Assembly (NCBI RefSeq): GCF_041956535.1
Contig: NW_027192215.1
Location: forward strand, 62,001-126,000
DNA length: 64,000 nt
Direction of reading: 5' to 3'
Source of the DNA: Calcarisporiella thermophila CBS 279.70
Taxonomy: Eukaryota; Fungi; Calcarisporiellomycota
The notes below the pieces were generated by a model. It saw nothing but the letters and a program-made list of their open reading frames with translations, was not told where the DNA came from and made no database searches. This document shows positions 25,352 through 37,348 of the stretch, in pieces. The stretch's first letter is position 1, and each line of letters starts with the position of its first letter. The translations under genes were made by a program, and so were the position numbers.

Positions 25352-26927
25352 CTTGAATTTCCGGATCATACCTTCTATCCTAGTTAGAAAACAGGGAGTG
25401 ACTTGGAATCGATTTGTCATTGTTTAGAAATTTTTATTAATATTCACTAGTGTACTAGTTAATTCTCGCGTTAAAGTGTTAAAGTATTCCAATAGAAATG
25501 AGTAGTTAGAGGTGCTAAAACTTACATAACTATTTCATATAGCAATATACAGATATTAATAATAAGTATTCCTTAAGCTAATTGAGTTAATTTTTGGGTT
25601 TTTAATGGCTATGCTCTTTAATCCTACAAAAAAAAAATTCAAAAGAAAATCCCAAAGAGGCACGAGAAGGACAATGAATTGCTCAATCTTTTCAATTTTT
25701 TTTTTTTTATTTACAAACGAAAACTTAGAGAGTTTAGAGAGTGGCCAGTAATTTCTTTTGCTCCCGCTTATTCCTTTGTGATTTTTGCTTAGAGTGTTTT
25801 TTTTTTATATAAATAGCCCATAATATATTTCTTAGAATATCTCAATACAACACTTTCATTTAAATATGTATAAAAAATACTATGTAAAAATGAACATATA
25901 AAAATCACGCAAAAGCTTCTTCATAGTTAATATTTTTCAAATATTTTTCTAACTCAACCCATTCTATCCCATGCTCCTTTCTCGATTCAATGAGGTCGGA
26001 AAGTTATTCTCCATAATAAATACACAGGATGAAATTAGCACTAGTATATTCCTATTAATTCTCGGATTGCTATGTTTCGCAGAAATTGACATCAATATAA
26101 AAATGAGGAGCTCGTGTGTTGCAACTCAATTAGTTCAGCAGCTGATCGAAGTGTACATTCTCTAGCGAGATTGCTTGGTATTTTCGCAAGAATTGCTATC
26201 GGCCAAGTTGGTATGGCCTGAACTGAGTAATAGACTACGGACTTTGTCAGCAACCCACGCTTCACGATGATGAGGCCGGTTTATTGCATAAAATGAGCTG
26301 GTTAAATTCAAAACTCATACATTTTCAGTGGAATAAAGGGCTGCGTATGCTTGCTGCTGCCTCTGCGTAAAGTCCTGTTTCCTCCAACTCTTCTGGTCTT
26401 CTTATGGTACTCGACATTTCGGTCAATAAGCATTATAGTCAATAAAACAATACAATTCAGTGTATAATGTAAATTTGTTAATAGATGGCATTATTTCCAA
26501 CTAATTGGACACAATTATTTCAAGGGGGTGTGTAGATAATAAACTTATCACTTGGATCACACCAAATCAAGCCTCCAGGCTAATTCGTATTATGAAAGAA
26601 AATTCAGTGGATCGGGGTCCGTAAGAAAGAAGGTGGTGAGAAAAGGCTTTCGTCTCAATGCTTGCAGAGTTATTAGATCGGAATTGGAAAAACGAGGCAT
26701 TTTTAAAGGAGAAATGGGCAGTAATAAATTATAGTGCATACAAGCAACCGAAATTTATAAAATTTTATGTTGGTGCGTTAGCCATCTGGTTTTTATGTAG
26801 CTTGTGATTAGATAGTGCTGAATAATTAGCCAGTACTTACCCAAATTGGCGGCAATAATAGCTTTACCAGGGTACAAATAACGCCACCCGTAAAAAACTC
26901 GCCTATACAGGTTTGTTTTGCATACTA

Positions 26928-27064
26928 AATACCACCGCTTCAACGGATAGAAATTTGGATAGATCTACAATTTTTACCTACGTGTTTATTGCGGGCTTTT
27001 AATTCACATCACCTATAAAAAGAGCACAAAGAGAGTACAATTGAGTGAACTCGCGAATTCAAGG
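26928..27064 (+). promoter_or_regulatory. Promoter/5'UTR copy 2 (TATAAAAA 27014-27021), homologous to the SH3b gene promoter
   Basis: Same 44/52 match as copy 1. Confidence 0.8.
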
Positions 27065-27367
27065 ATGAAGTCAGTCTTCGTATTTTCCTTTTTAACTTTC
27101 GGGTCGTTATGCTTTGCCCAGTGTAATACTGGGTCACTTCATTGTTGCAATTCGGTTGTGAGCGCATCTTCTGATGAGGCTCAAAATTTAATCGGAATAC
27201 TTGGAATATCAACAAGTGATGTTACGGGCCCAGTAGGCCTTCAATGCAATCCCATCAGTAATATTGGTGGCAGCAACCGTTGTAATGCTCAGCCTGTTTG
27301 TTGCACGGGCAACAATTCCAATGGTTTAGTTGTTCTTGACTGTTCTCCCGTTAACGTTAATGTCTAA
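27065..27367 (+). CDS. Class I hydrophobin, basidiomycete SC3-like type, intronless
   Basis: Signal peptide ending CFA|Q. Eight Cys spaced C-X6-CC-X32-C-X11-C-X5-CC-X12-C; QCNTGSLHCCNS, VGLQCNPI, CNAQPVCC, GLVVLDCSPVN. Confidence 0.93.
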   Translation: MKSVFVFSFLTFGSLCFAQCNTGSLHCCNSVVSASSDEAQNLIGILGISTSDVTGPVGLQCNPISNIGGSNRCNAQPVCCTGNNSNGLVVLDCSPVNVNV

Positions 27368-30090
27368 ACCAAATGTTTACCGGGAGATGACATTAACTCG
27401 CTCGACTGAACTCAAAGTGCCATTTGATGGATTTGATTTGTGTGCATTTTAGTCCATCATGTAAAAAAAAATTAAATAAATTTAACTGCCGAGAATATGG
27501 ATCCTTATATTATATGGCGAAGAATTATCATGCAAATGGGACCCAGCTAAAGTTATGGCAATGTGAGGCTCACACTTGTCCAACCTAAATGCTACGTTAT
27601 CGGCCGCAAATATTGAATCGGAGAGAACATATTCATTTAGCTTATTCTGTATCAATATCTATAGCAATATATTGAATAAATTAAGGAATACACTGGAGAT
27701 GGCTTTAGGCTTCTGCCTCCGCTTCGAAATGCATTCACTACCCTCCTCTATGATGCCCACTCTGCTCTAGATCACATCTGTTTTTGGACGTGCTAGCAAT
27801 TTTCTCATCGTGATGCGTTGCGATTTACTTACTCCATAGGCGATGTACTACTGTATATGCTATTTTTCATCACTTTACAATAGGATGCAATGGGAAGGTT
27901 TTTTGACCGTTTTTAATATAAAATACCGTGTATCTATGCCTCCAATGTAATTTCATCAATTTTAAAAATAGTGTAGGTACTGTAGAAGGGATCCTCCATA
28001 TTCTTCTCTTAGATTGATGTTAAACGAGCAAAACATCATGTTTTTCCTTTTTTCAATACTGACATTACATGTCAAAGCACAAAAATATATGTTTTCCGTC
28101 CTCTGCCCTCCAGAAAACTCTTACTATATACCATTTGAAAAGCAGGTGTATTGCATGAGCTCTTCGAAGTGTTTCGGAGATAATTATCTGAGTCTTATAT
28201 ATATCAGACTTCCCCTCTCTTTCACAAACACTGCCATTGCACTCTCCACCTCTTCAAATGGACTGGAGGTGGGAGCTTTTTGGAGTTAGAGTGAATAATA
28301 CCTAGTTAATAACCAAGTGGCTCAAAATAAATAACAGCTGCGTTTAAAGATAGTATAAATCAATATAATTCGCCTCCTTATTTTCTGGCGATAGCCGCTA
28401 AACCATTTTCGCTGTCTCTGCCCATCCACAAATACCCAGTTATTGCTTCTGTTCATCGGAGGATCTTCCGAATTGTTGTGCAAACGGGCCGGTAGGACGC
28501 ACGTCCACTGCTCCCCCTAACCTCCGAGTCCTCTTTAATTACGTTCCAAACGGTCCACATGGCTTAGCCGGAGTGACAGCCCCTGAACATTACAAATGCA
28601 TATTGGTCCAAGTAGTACCAAAACTTTGGGTTCACCGAGGACGGTGTTGAATAGATTTGTGCGGAGACGGATCTGCTTATCTCCTCCTCTCGAAGTCGTC
28701 TGCAAACTCGGTTGACTTTTGAGCTGGACGGTCGGCTGAGCGTGTGCCGCAATCCCGGAGAGATAAAGCCCATTGCATTGAGTGATGTCAATGGCCATAG
28801 TTGAGCAGGCCAATCTCTCCAAAGACTCGCTCTCACCAGGACGGAGTTCCTTGATAAGGACATTCCCCGCTGGTTGCTTGCCTCGGCCCAATCATAACTA
28901 GAAACTCAGAGGGTAGCTTTGACTTTTAATACAATAGAGTTACGCGAAGACAGCATCCCACGTTCAACCGAAAGGATACGGTGAGTAGTTGCATCAGCTG
29001 CTCAATGAATTCGTTTAGTTCGGGCGTCATGTCTCTCTTTCGGCTGCCAAAGGACGATAAGAGCTGGTGCGTATGGGTCGTGAAAGAGGGTTTTTTTCTT
29101 TCATCCTTTCGGCTTAAAAATGAGCCGCGTGAGCAAATCGTCTCCGAGCTGCGGCTTGGAAGAAAAGCTTAAATTCTAAATCAAACGCCCATTATACCAG
29201 GAGAGGAAAGGGGGCATCATCGACCAGCTCTTCCCTGGCCTCAAAGCGGCTGGAGAGCCAAACCCGCCGCGGGCTCGGATGGGAGCCAAACAAAGAGGCG
29301 AGTGCAGCGCAGCCGAAAGGTTAGGTTCCCGATGAAGGTTAGCTTCGGCGGCCCAACGCTCTGCTACACTGTGCCTCCCGTTGTATCGCCTGCTTTGGTA
29401 ATGCAAAGAAATGTGGCTCATCCAGTACCACTAGCGTTTCTCCGGGTGCTGATCTTACCGCTTTTGTCTCGATCCCATGCGGAGGGATCAGAGGCTGGGA
29501 GAAAGCAAACACGGCCGGAGAAGGGAAAGGCCGCCAGGCATTTTTCACGGCCGGCCTCATTGCCACTCAAGCACCCTCCTCCCGGGGCTGGCCAGCACGC
29601 CACGAGAAAGGGGGATCCGGGGGCGCCGGGGAGTGATGGAAGACGGGAACTAAACCCTGCTCGTGAACTCAAGGTGGGCGCACGGTGTGCCCGAGCAGCG
29701 GCAGAATTAGGAAGCAACCGCCTCAGGCCTGGGCCGGTCAGTTGACTGCAGCTCAAAGAAACGGCCCTCAAAGAGAAATCCGGTAAGCACGAAAAAAAAA
29801 GAAGCGGTGCCACAGTGTGTGACACGTGCGCTCGCCCTAAAATAGAGTTATTTCTATGTGAACCGAACCATTGGAGTTCCCCGAGGCTCCGGCTCATCCT
29901 CACGACGCTTTAAATACTCGTGCTTATTTTCCTGTCCTCTCCGCCTTCCTCTTGACGCGCGCAGCCTCCTCTCCTCTCCTCTCTCCATTGCCGCAATTGG
30001 CTCCTTCTCCTCCTCGACACCTCTCTCCGTTCTGAATCCTCCCCAATCCTACCCCACCCTCCTCTCCACCACTTCTCTTTCTCCTTAGTC

Positions 30091-33000
30091 ATGGACAAGA
30101 CGATGATAGAAACCAGCAGCCACACCAACGACTTGGCTCTCGCCCTCTCCGCTACCAATGGCAGCGCCTCGTCTAGACGATCAATAGACGCGAAAGCGGG
30201 CAGTTTCACTATCCAGGTGACTCTTGCTCTCCCGGGCGAAGCCGCTCTCACAAAAACGCCAGAACAATGTCAGGTCACCGTGAAATCGGACGCGACCCTT
30301 GAGGCGGTCAAACAGGACGCTCAAAAAGCCTTGCATGTGGACATTACCAATGGTGAGGATTCCTTTCATGGTTGTCTCCTCTCCTCTTTCCTCTCTCCCT
30401 CTCTCCTCCCCTCTTTCCCTGAAAATGCTTTTCAGTTCCACTGTTAACAGCCTGTTCTGTTGAATGTCCTGCTGCGTAGATGTCCAGCTCGAAACCCCTA
30501 GCCAGCACTGTATTACCTCTGTCGCCGAGCTCCGGGACAACCGCAGCTTGCTCCTGAAAATTTTGAACTATAAGGCAGAGGCTCTTGGGCCCACGCCGCG
30601 GCCGCTCTTCGGGACCGTGATGGACTTGGTGCCCGACAGGTACACGAAAATTAAGGTTAATTTTGTGCTCGCGTCCATCGCGTCTAACCCAGCTCTCTTC
30701 TGTCCTATAGACATGCGAGCTTCGCCAAGTTCCACCAGAAATACGGCCAAATAGTTCGAATGTAGGTTCTCTTTGCCACTCCTTTCTCTCTTCTCAGCCC
30801 CATTTGACTGACGTGCCCATCCTCCATTTTCTCCTCCTTTTCAGCTATATGTTCGACCGTAAGCAATACTGGACTAACGATCCAGACGTCGCCAGAGCAA
30901 TCATCCAGGAGAGTGAGTACTGGACGAAGAAGATCCCCGTCGGCTCGACGCTCTGGAACGCAAAGAAGGTCGCGGGCCAGGGCCTCACCACCACCGACTC
31001 CGACGACCCGGACTGGAAGCTGGCCCACGATCTGCTCAAGAATTCGTTCAGTCCAAAGGCCATGCGAGGCTACATGAAGGAGATGTGCGACGTTGTGTTT
31101 GCCGCGGTGAAGCGCTTTGAAGCGATGCGAGAAGGCGAGTCCGTGGATATATTGCGGTGGAATTCTAATATCAGTAAGTGCTCAGGAATCCAAGAAAAGA
31201 GAAAAAGGCGAGAGTTTGTTTAGGTATGAGACCTCAAGTTCATCTTTTTTTCCTTTCTTCATAGCTCTCGAAAGTATCGGGAAGATCGGTTTCGACTACG
31301 ACTTCCACCTTCTGGATCCCGATCATGAAGATGACCCTTTCATCGACGCGATTGTTTATGCGGGAAATTCCGCGAGAAAGCGCACCTTCCGCACCGAGTT
31401 CTATCAGTCCATGCTCGTTGCTTCAAACATGCGTTTGCAGCGCAGCGTTAAGTATATGCACGAGACCATCGACAAGGTGATTGAGACTCGGCGGCGCATG
31501 TCTCCGACCGAGGCCGAGCAGCAGCGTGATCTTCTGCAGATCATGCTGACCGCAACGACCGCAGATGGCCAGCGAATGTCCGACAGCCTGATCCGAGACA
31601 ACGTGTTGACAATGCTGGTGGCCGGACATGAAACCACCAGCGCGCTGATGACGTGGACAATGTACTTGCTCGATAAACACCCCCAGGTACAGGCGCGCCT
31701 GCTGCAGGAGCTGGCCGATCTGGGCATCGATGGAAAGCATCCCGTGACCGTGGAGCAGCTAAGTAGCATGAAGTATATGATGTGTGTGCTGAACGAGTCG
31801 CTGCGCCTCTACCCGCCGGCCCAGGCCATTGTCAAATATTGTCTGAAAGACTGCATTCTTCCACACGGGTACCAGATGCGGAAAGGCGACACTCTTTTCA
31901 TCAACATCGTTGCGCTCCACCACAATTCCCGTGTCTGGTATGGGATGGCCATTGGTGCAAAGCATATGCCATTTTTATAGCTGCTGACGCTTCTCCGTTT
32001 CTCTAGGCCCAACCCCGAGGTCTTCGATCCCGATCGCTTTGCATCAGTCAAAAACCACGTTTGTGCATTTACCCCCTTCAGTATGGGCGCGAGGATGTGC
32101 ATCGGAAATCCCTTTGCCCTCCAGGAAGCTCAAATCATGCTCGCACTGATATTGCCCAACTTTGAGTTCCGCCGTATCAACAACAAGGAGATCAAATACG
32201 ATCCCAAGCAGCTGATTCTTCGACCTTACGAGTGTATGATGACGATTCACCGGCGCAAGAACTTCCCAGCACCATCGAAACCTATCGTGATGAAAAATGA
32301 GACGCCTGAAGAGACTAATGCTACTACTACCGCGACGGCGACGGGGGCAGCTCCTGCTGCGTTCATGGCGGCCAACAATACCCAAGAGCAAGAAGAGAAG
32401 CCGGTCGTAGTTGCAGCCACACCATCACCGAAACTCTCACCCACATTGCCCCTAGTGGAACAGCGGCCCCTTCCTGCCCTCACCGTGCTCTATGGAACCC
32501 AGACCGGCACCTCGCAAGATTACGCCACCAAACTTGCCGCCGCGGCGCACACACTTGGGTTCACGGACGTGATTCTGACAGGCATGGACGAATGGGTCGC
32601 GGTGCGCGAGGGCCGATACACCCCTCGCATCTTGCCCAACTGTGACCACGAGCTGCTGGTGGTCATCACCGCGACCTATAACGGCTTCCCCCCCGAGAAT
32701 GCGCTCGCTTTCGACAAGTTCCTCGACTCACTCGACGAAGACGAGGAGCCCCTACAGGATCTCAACTATACGGTGTTCGGGGTGGGCAACAGCCAATGGC
32801 GCTCGTACCAAAAATTCCCCAAGCACGTGTTCACGAAACTCGACGACCTGGGGGCCGAGCCTCTGTTTGATCTGGGGTCAGCCGACGCCGACGGCAAAGA
32901 TATGGATGCCGACTTTGAGAAATGGCACCAATGCTTCTGGGGCTATGTGCAGACCCTCTATGGGCGTGGCCAGCTCGCTCCCACCGCGGCCACCCAGGGA

Positions 33001-34426
33001 GCCAACACCGTCAATGAGGAGGCGGTGAAGGTGGCCATCTTGCCCGCCCACAATGATGATCAGCTGTGGGAGCGGGCATGCCAGAATTGCAATGGCGCGC
33101 AGAAGGGAAGGATGGTGGTCCAGCGAGAACTCCAGAACACAGACAAGAGTGGGCGCAGCACCCTCCACATCGAGATCGAACTGCCGGAGGAGGTCGTTGC
33201 CCCGGGCGAGGGAGGCCATGCCACGCCCTATCGGGCCGGCGATCACCTGGAGGTGCTGCCGAAAAACGACGCCGATTTGGTGGCCCGTATCGCTACCCTC
33301 TTCGAGTTTGCCCCGGACGCCGTGTTTGAAATCGTATCCGAAGACGCGACCTCGTCCAACTCGCGCTCGTTAGCCGCCACGATCAAAGGCCCTTGCACGG
33401 TTAAAAATGCTCTCACTTACTATGCCGACCTCACCGGTCGGCCCACGCGCTATTTCTTGGGTGTGCTCGCCAACCGGATTCAGAAAGATTACCCCGAGAA
33501 GGCCCGGGAATTGCTTGAGCTCACTCATCTTGGAGACAAAGCCAAGGAGGCCTATCGAGCCTTTACGGAGAAGTATCGTACCCTCCTCGATCTGGCCGAG
33601 GCGTACAGCAACGAGGTCCGCGAGTGCATGCGGCTCGAAGACTTCTTGGCTGCTGTACCGGCCTTGACTCCGCGCAGATATTCCATCTCTAGTAGCCCTC
33701 GCACTCACCCCAAGTCGGTCCACCTGACGGTCGGCGTGGTGAACGACGTTTGCAATGATAAGAAATACCCTGGCTTGGCGTCGGGATACTATCTCTCCCG
33801 GATGCCGCAAGATAGCCTATTGAACATTGCTGTAAAGTAAGTGAAGAGAGTTCGGCCCTCTGCACCTTTAGTGAATTGCATATTGATATTCACTGTTCCT
33901 CCCAATTTGTTATAGGCGTGCCAATGGTCCCTTCTATCTCCCCGACGACCCCACTGTCCCATTGATTATGGTTGCGGCCGGCACGGGCCTGGCTCCCTTC
34001 CGAGGGTTCCTCCAGGAACGCCGAGCTCTTGGGTGCAAGTCCGTTGAGAAAGGCGGGGTCTCGTGCACCTACCTGGTGTTCGGGTGCCGTCACCCGGAGC
34101 AAGATTTCCTCTACCATGATGAGCTCGAATCATATGTGGCGGACGGGACCCTCACCTCCCTCCTCACGGCTTTCTCCCGTAACGGCGGGCCGATGAAATA
34201 CGTGCAGGAGCGTATCTTGCAGGATGCCCGGCTGATATGGGAGTTGGTGAAGGATCAGGGCGCAAGTGTGTATGTGTGTGGAAATGCCAGTGGAATGGCG
34301 GCTGGTGTACGCAAGGCCTTTGAAAAGGTGGCCGAGCAGATTGGTGCATTAGAGCATGAAGAAGCCAAGAAATTCATTCGAGAGTTGACCGAGGCCGGAA
34401 GATACAATGAGGATGTCTGGGGCTGA
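30091..34426 (+). CDS. Self-sufficient cytochrome P450 / NADPH-P450 reductase fusion (CYP102/CYP505-like), 7 exons, with an N-terminal extension
   Basis: AGHETT, ESLRLYPP, FDPDRF, heme motif FSMGARMCIG; flavodoxin LYGTQTGTS; RRYSISSS; AAGTGLAPFRGF; VFGCR; YVCG; ends RYNEDVWG. Confidence 0.95.
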
Positions 34427-34986
34427 GAGGAATACAGCGGAGCGGTTTAGACCCCTTTTATTATCTAGTTAGGTCGCACTTTTTGTGTATGACTTGTAGG
34501 AATAGTTAATTACCTTGCACCATTCCACCATTGCCACCACCATATCCCATAGGATTTATTTTTTGTTTTATACTTTTTCCCGTTTGTCATTTTCCTGTTT
34601 TTCATAAGTTATATAGTATATTTCTCATATTAATACTTAATAAATATATATTCGTTATTATCGGTCGTTTGTATCAAGAAATCAATGGCGATGGACCTTT
34701 TTACGGGTTGGCGACGACTTAGAGCGGAGTACACTTTGTGCCATTTGTCTAATGTCTACTGTTTTAGTAAAAAATTAGCGGCAAGGACTCTATATACAAC
34801 GTGGAAAAGGGAGAATAAAATTTGAATGTGGACGGTTTGGTTAATGCGGCGGGGGAAACAAACAAGAACAAGCATTTATTCTTGGTTATTATTTTTTCGT
34901 AAAGTTCACTCGTAAATAAGACTATTATAGAAGATGGATTAAATGGCAAATAAATACAGCGATATCCAATAAAATATTTTGGCGGA

Positions 34987-37166
34987 TTATATTTCTGGCT
35001 TCACTTTCTTCCAATCAACGCCCCCAGAATCTTGGCCACGCCATCCACCTTGTCGCGAATCGAGTCGCAGTACACCGCGCGCACAATGCCCACTCCGAAG
35101 GGAATCGAGTCGCGAACGCGGCGCATCGGGTATTTCCACAGGGGGGGCAGTGGGGTTGAGATCAGGCTGGGGAAGGTGTCGACTGTCATCGACTTTTGGG
35201 TGCACATCGCACGCAGACCCTCTGGGCCAGCAAAGCGGCCATAGCCCGAGATGCCCACACCACCAAAAGGAAGCGACTAGAGAGGAATTGCAAAAGATAA
35301 TCAGTTAACAGGTTGCCCCCACCTCCATCCAAAGAAAAGCTACACTACCTGCACGAGATAATTGCAAGCAAAATCGTTAATGTTGCACATCCCCACCCGT
35401 AGTTTCCGCGCCATCTCGTCACCCTTGCGCACGTTGCGGGTGAACACGCTCGAGCCCAACCCGTATGGGCAGCGGTTTGCCATCTCCAGAGCCTCTTCGT
35501 CGGATGCGGCACGCATCACCACCATGACGGGGGCAAAAAGTTCGTTGTGGGCAATGGGCATATCGGGCGTCACATCCACAAGAAGGGTGGGAGCAAAGTA
35601 CTGGCCACTCGGATACTTTGGATTGACGTACGGTTTCCCGCCGGCAAGCAGGCGAGCGCCTCGTTGAACGGCATCGTCAATCAGAGCCACGAGCCGGTCG
35701 CTCTGCCCAGCCATGGTCATGGCCCCACAGTCTACATTCTCCTCGTCCAATGGACTCCCCATCTTCAGCTGGTCGATCAGCTCCTTGGCCTTGCTTACAA
35801 ACGTGTCGTAGAGTTTCGTGTGGGCAATGATGCGCTCGAGTCCAACACAGTTCTGCCCACAGTTCTGGAAGTTACCGCGCATGATGAGAGGGAACGCATG
35901 CTCCAAGTTGGCATCCTCGCATAGGATGGCGCAGTCTTTGCCGCCCAGCTCTAGCGTGCAAGGGCAGAGCTTGCTGGCTGCCGACTCTTGCACCTTTCGG
36001 CCCACCTCGGGAGACCCGATAAACGTAATGTGGTCCACGCCACTGGTCACAACCGCCTGGCCACACTCCACAAACCCAACGAGAAAATGCACCAAATCCG
36101 GAGAGTGCCCGCAAGCCTCAAGACAGCTGCGAATGATTTGCAAATAGTACGATGTAGACCAGGCGGCGTGCTCCGAGCATTTGATGATTGTGGCGTTTCC
36201 GGCAAAGAGCGACGAGATCACGGGGCCAATGGTGTTATGGAAAGGATAGTTCCAGCTCACCAGGGCGGCAGTCACTCCCCACGGCTGATAGATGACCTTG
36301 GCAGTTTTGTGGAGCATGAGTAAATTCACACTTCGATAATCGTCACGCAACGTCCGTTCCCCGTTCTCGATGGTCCAGCGGAGCTTCTCACAGGTGGTCA
36401 GAACCTCTCCGAATGCGGCATCCACCATCGTTTTTCCAGTGTCACGGCTGGCAACCCGTTGGATATCCTCTTGATTGTCAAGCACAAACTTAAGGATGGT
36501 TTTGAGCACACGTCTACGCTCACGGAAAGTCGTTTTCTCCCAAGCTTTCTGGGCTGCGCGAGCCTAAAAAATATTGAGCAAAGCAAGGGTGGAATGGGTA
36601 GGGTGAGTTAGTTAAAGGAAACAAGGTAGAGGGAGTAATGAGAGGGAATAGATAGACGCTAGATGTATTCATGAATTAACTCCTTCTCGGCCAACCTACC
36701 TTTTTAACGGCCTCTGCAACATCCTCTGCGGTATGAGCCTTGACATTTCCGAGATGACGGCCGGTTGCTGGGTCATAGCACACAATTACATCGGGATTAT
36801 TGGGATCCTAAAGGGTTTCATCATTTTGACATGTTAGCATCATCTGGTTCTAATAATATCTGCTGCAGATTCAATCAGGCTGCATACTCTGATGCTCGGC
36901 TTTTCTAACACTCGGCCGCCCTCCCATCCAGGCTGACTTGCCTCAGGGGCCGGCACACGGACGGTCGGAATCTTTTCACGGGAAAACAAGAGGTATACCC
37001 CACCCAAGACAGCGATTAAAATGGTGACTGTCAATGGTAGCGGTGAACGGGCTAAGGCCTCTTGAACAAAAAGGTATATATGTGCGGGGATTTCCATCAG
37101 TTCCGAGACCACAAGCGCGCGTAGTATGAAAGAAGCGGCTTCCCGAAATATCGCGATACTGAACAT
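34987..37166 (-). CDS. MSC7: Msc7/ALDH22-type aldehyde dehydrogenase with an N-terminal membrane anchor (4 exons; start uncertain)
   Basis: CYDPATG, DTGKTMVDAAFGEVLTTCEK, SWNYPFHN, LELGGKD, GQNCVGLER, LPFGGVGISGYGRFAGPEGLR. Confidence 0.88.
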
Positions 37167-37348
37167 CCCATTTTCAGCTCGAGTTTCTATATTCTGATCT
37201 TCTGATGACGTCACCTTTCGACGTAAAGACCGGGTGTAAAATTGCAAAGTGTAAGCGGGACAACAAAAAGCATCTCTTACTCATTCTCTTCCGGGATCAC
37301 CCACATTGAACATTTTTCTCTCCTCGTTTTCTCGGGAATAAAAACAAC

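Larger units (their letters stand above)
20350..28380. other. AT-rich, gene-sparse accessory island (boundaries approximate)
   Basis: Visibly AT-rich, including coding third positions, compared with the GC-rich flanking FAA1 and P450 genes; only three clear genes in ~8 kb. Confidence 0.7.

Noticed and set aside
22909-27393. Faint 3'UTR similarity between the SH3b and hydrophobin genes (ctaaa..caaat...gag.tga.att)
   Set aside because: Only about 18/31 in AT-rich DNA, so it is not counted as evidence for the cassette.
12451-29886. FarA-type CCTCGG/CCGAGG sites upstream of WS/DGAT and the P450
   Set aside because: The hexamer is common in this GC-rich DNA and was not found upstream of FAA1; no enrichment shown.
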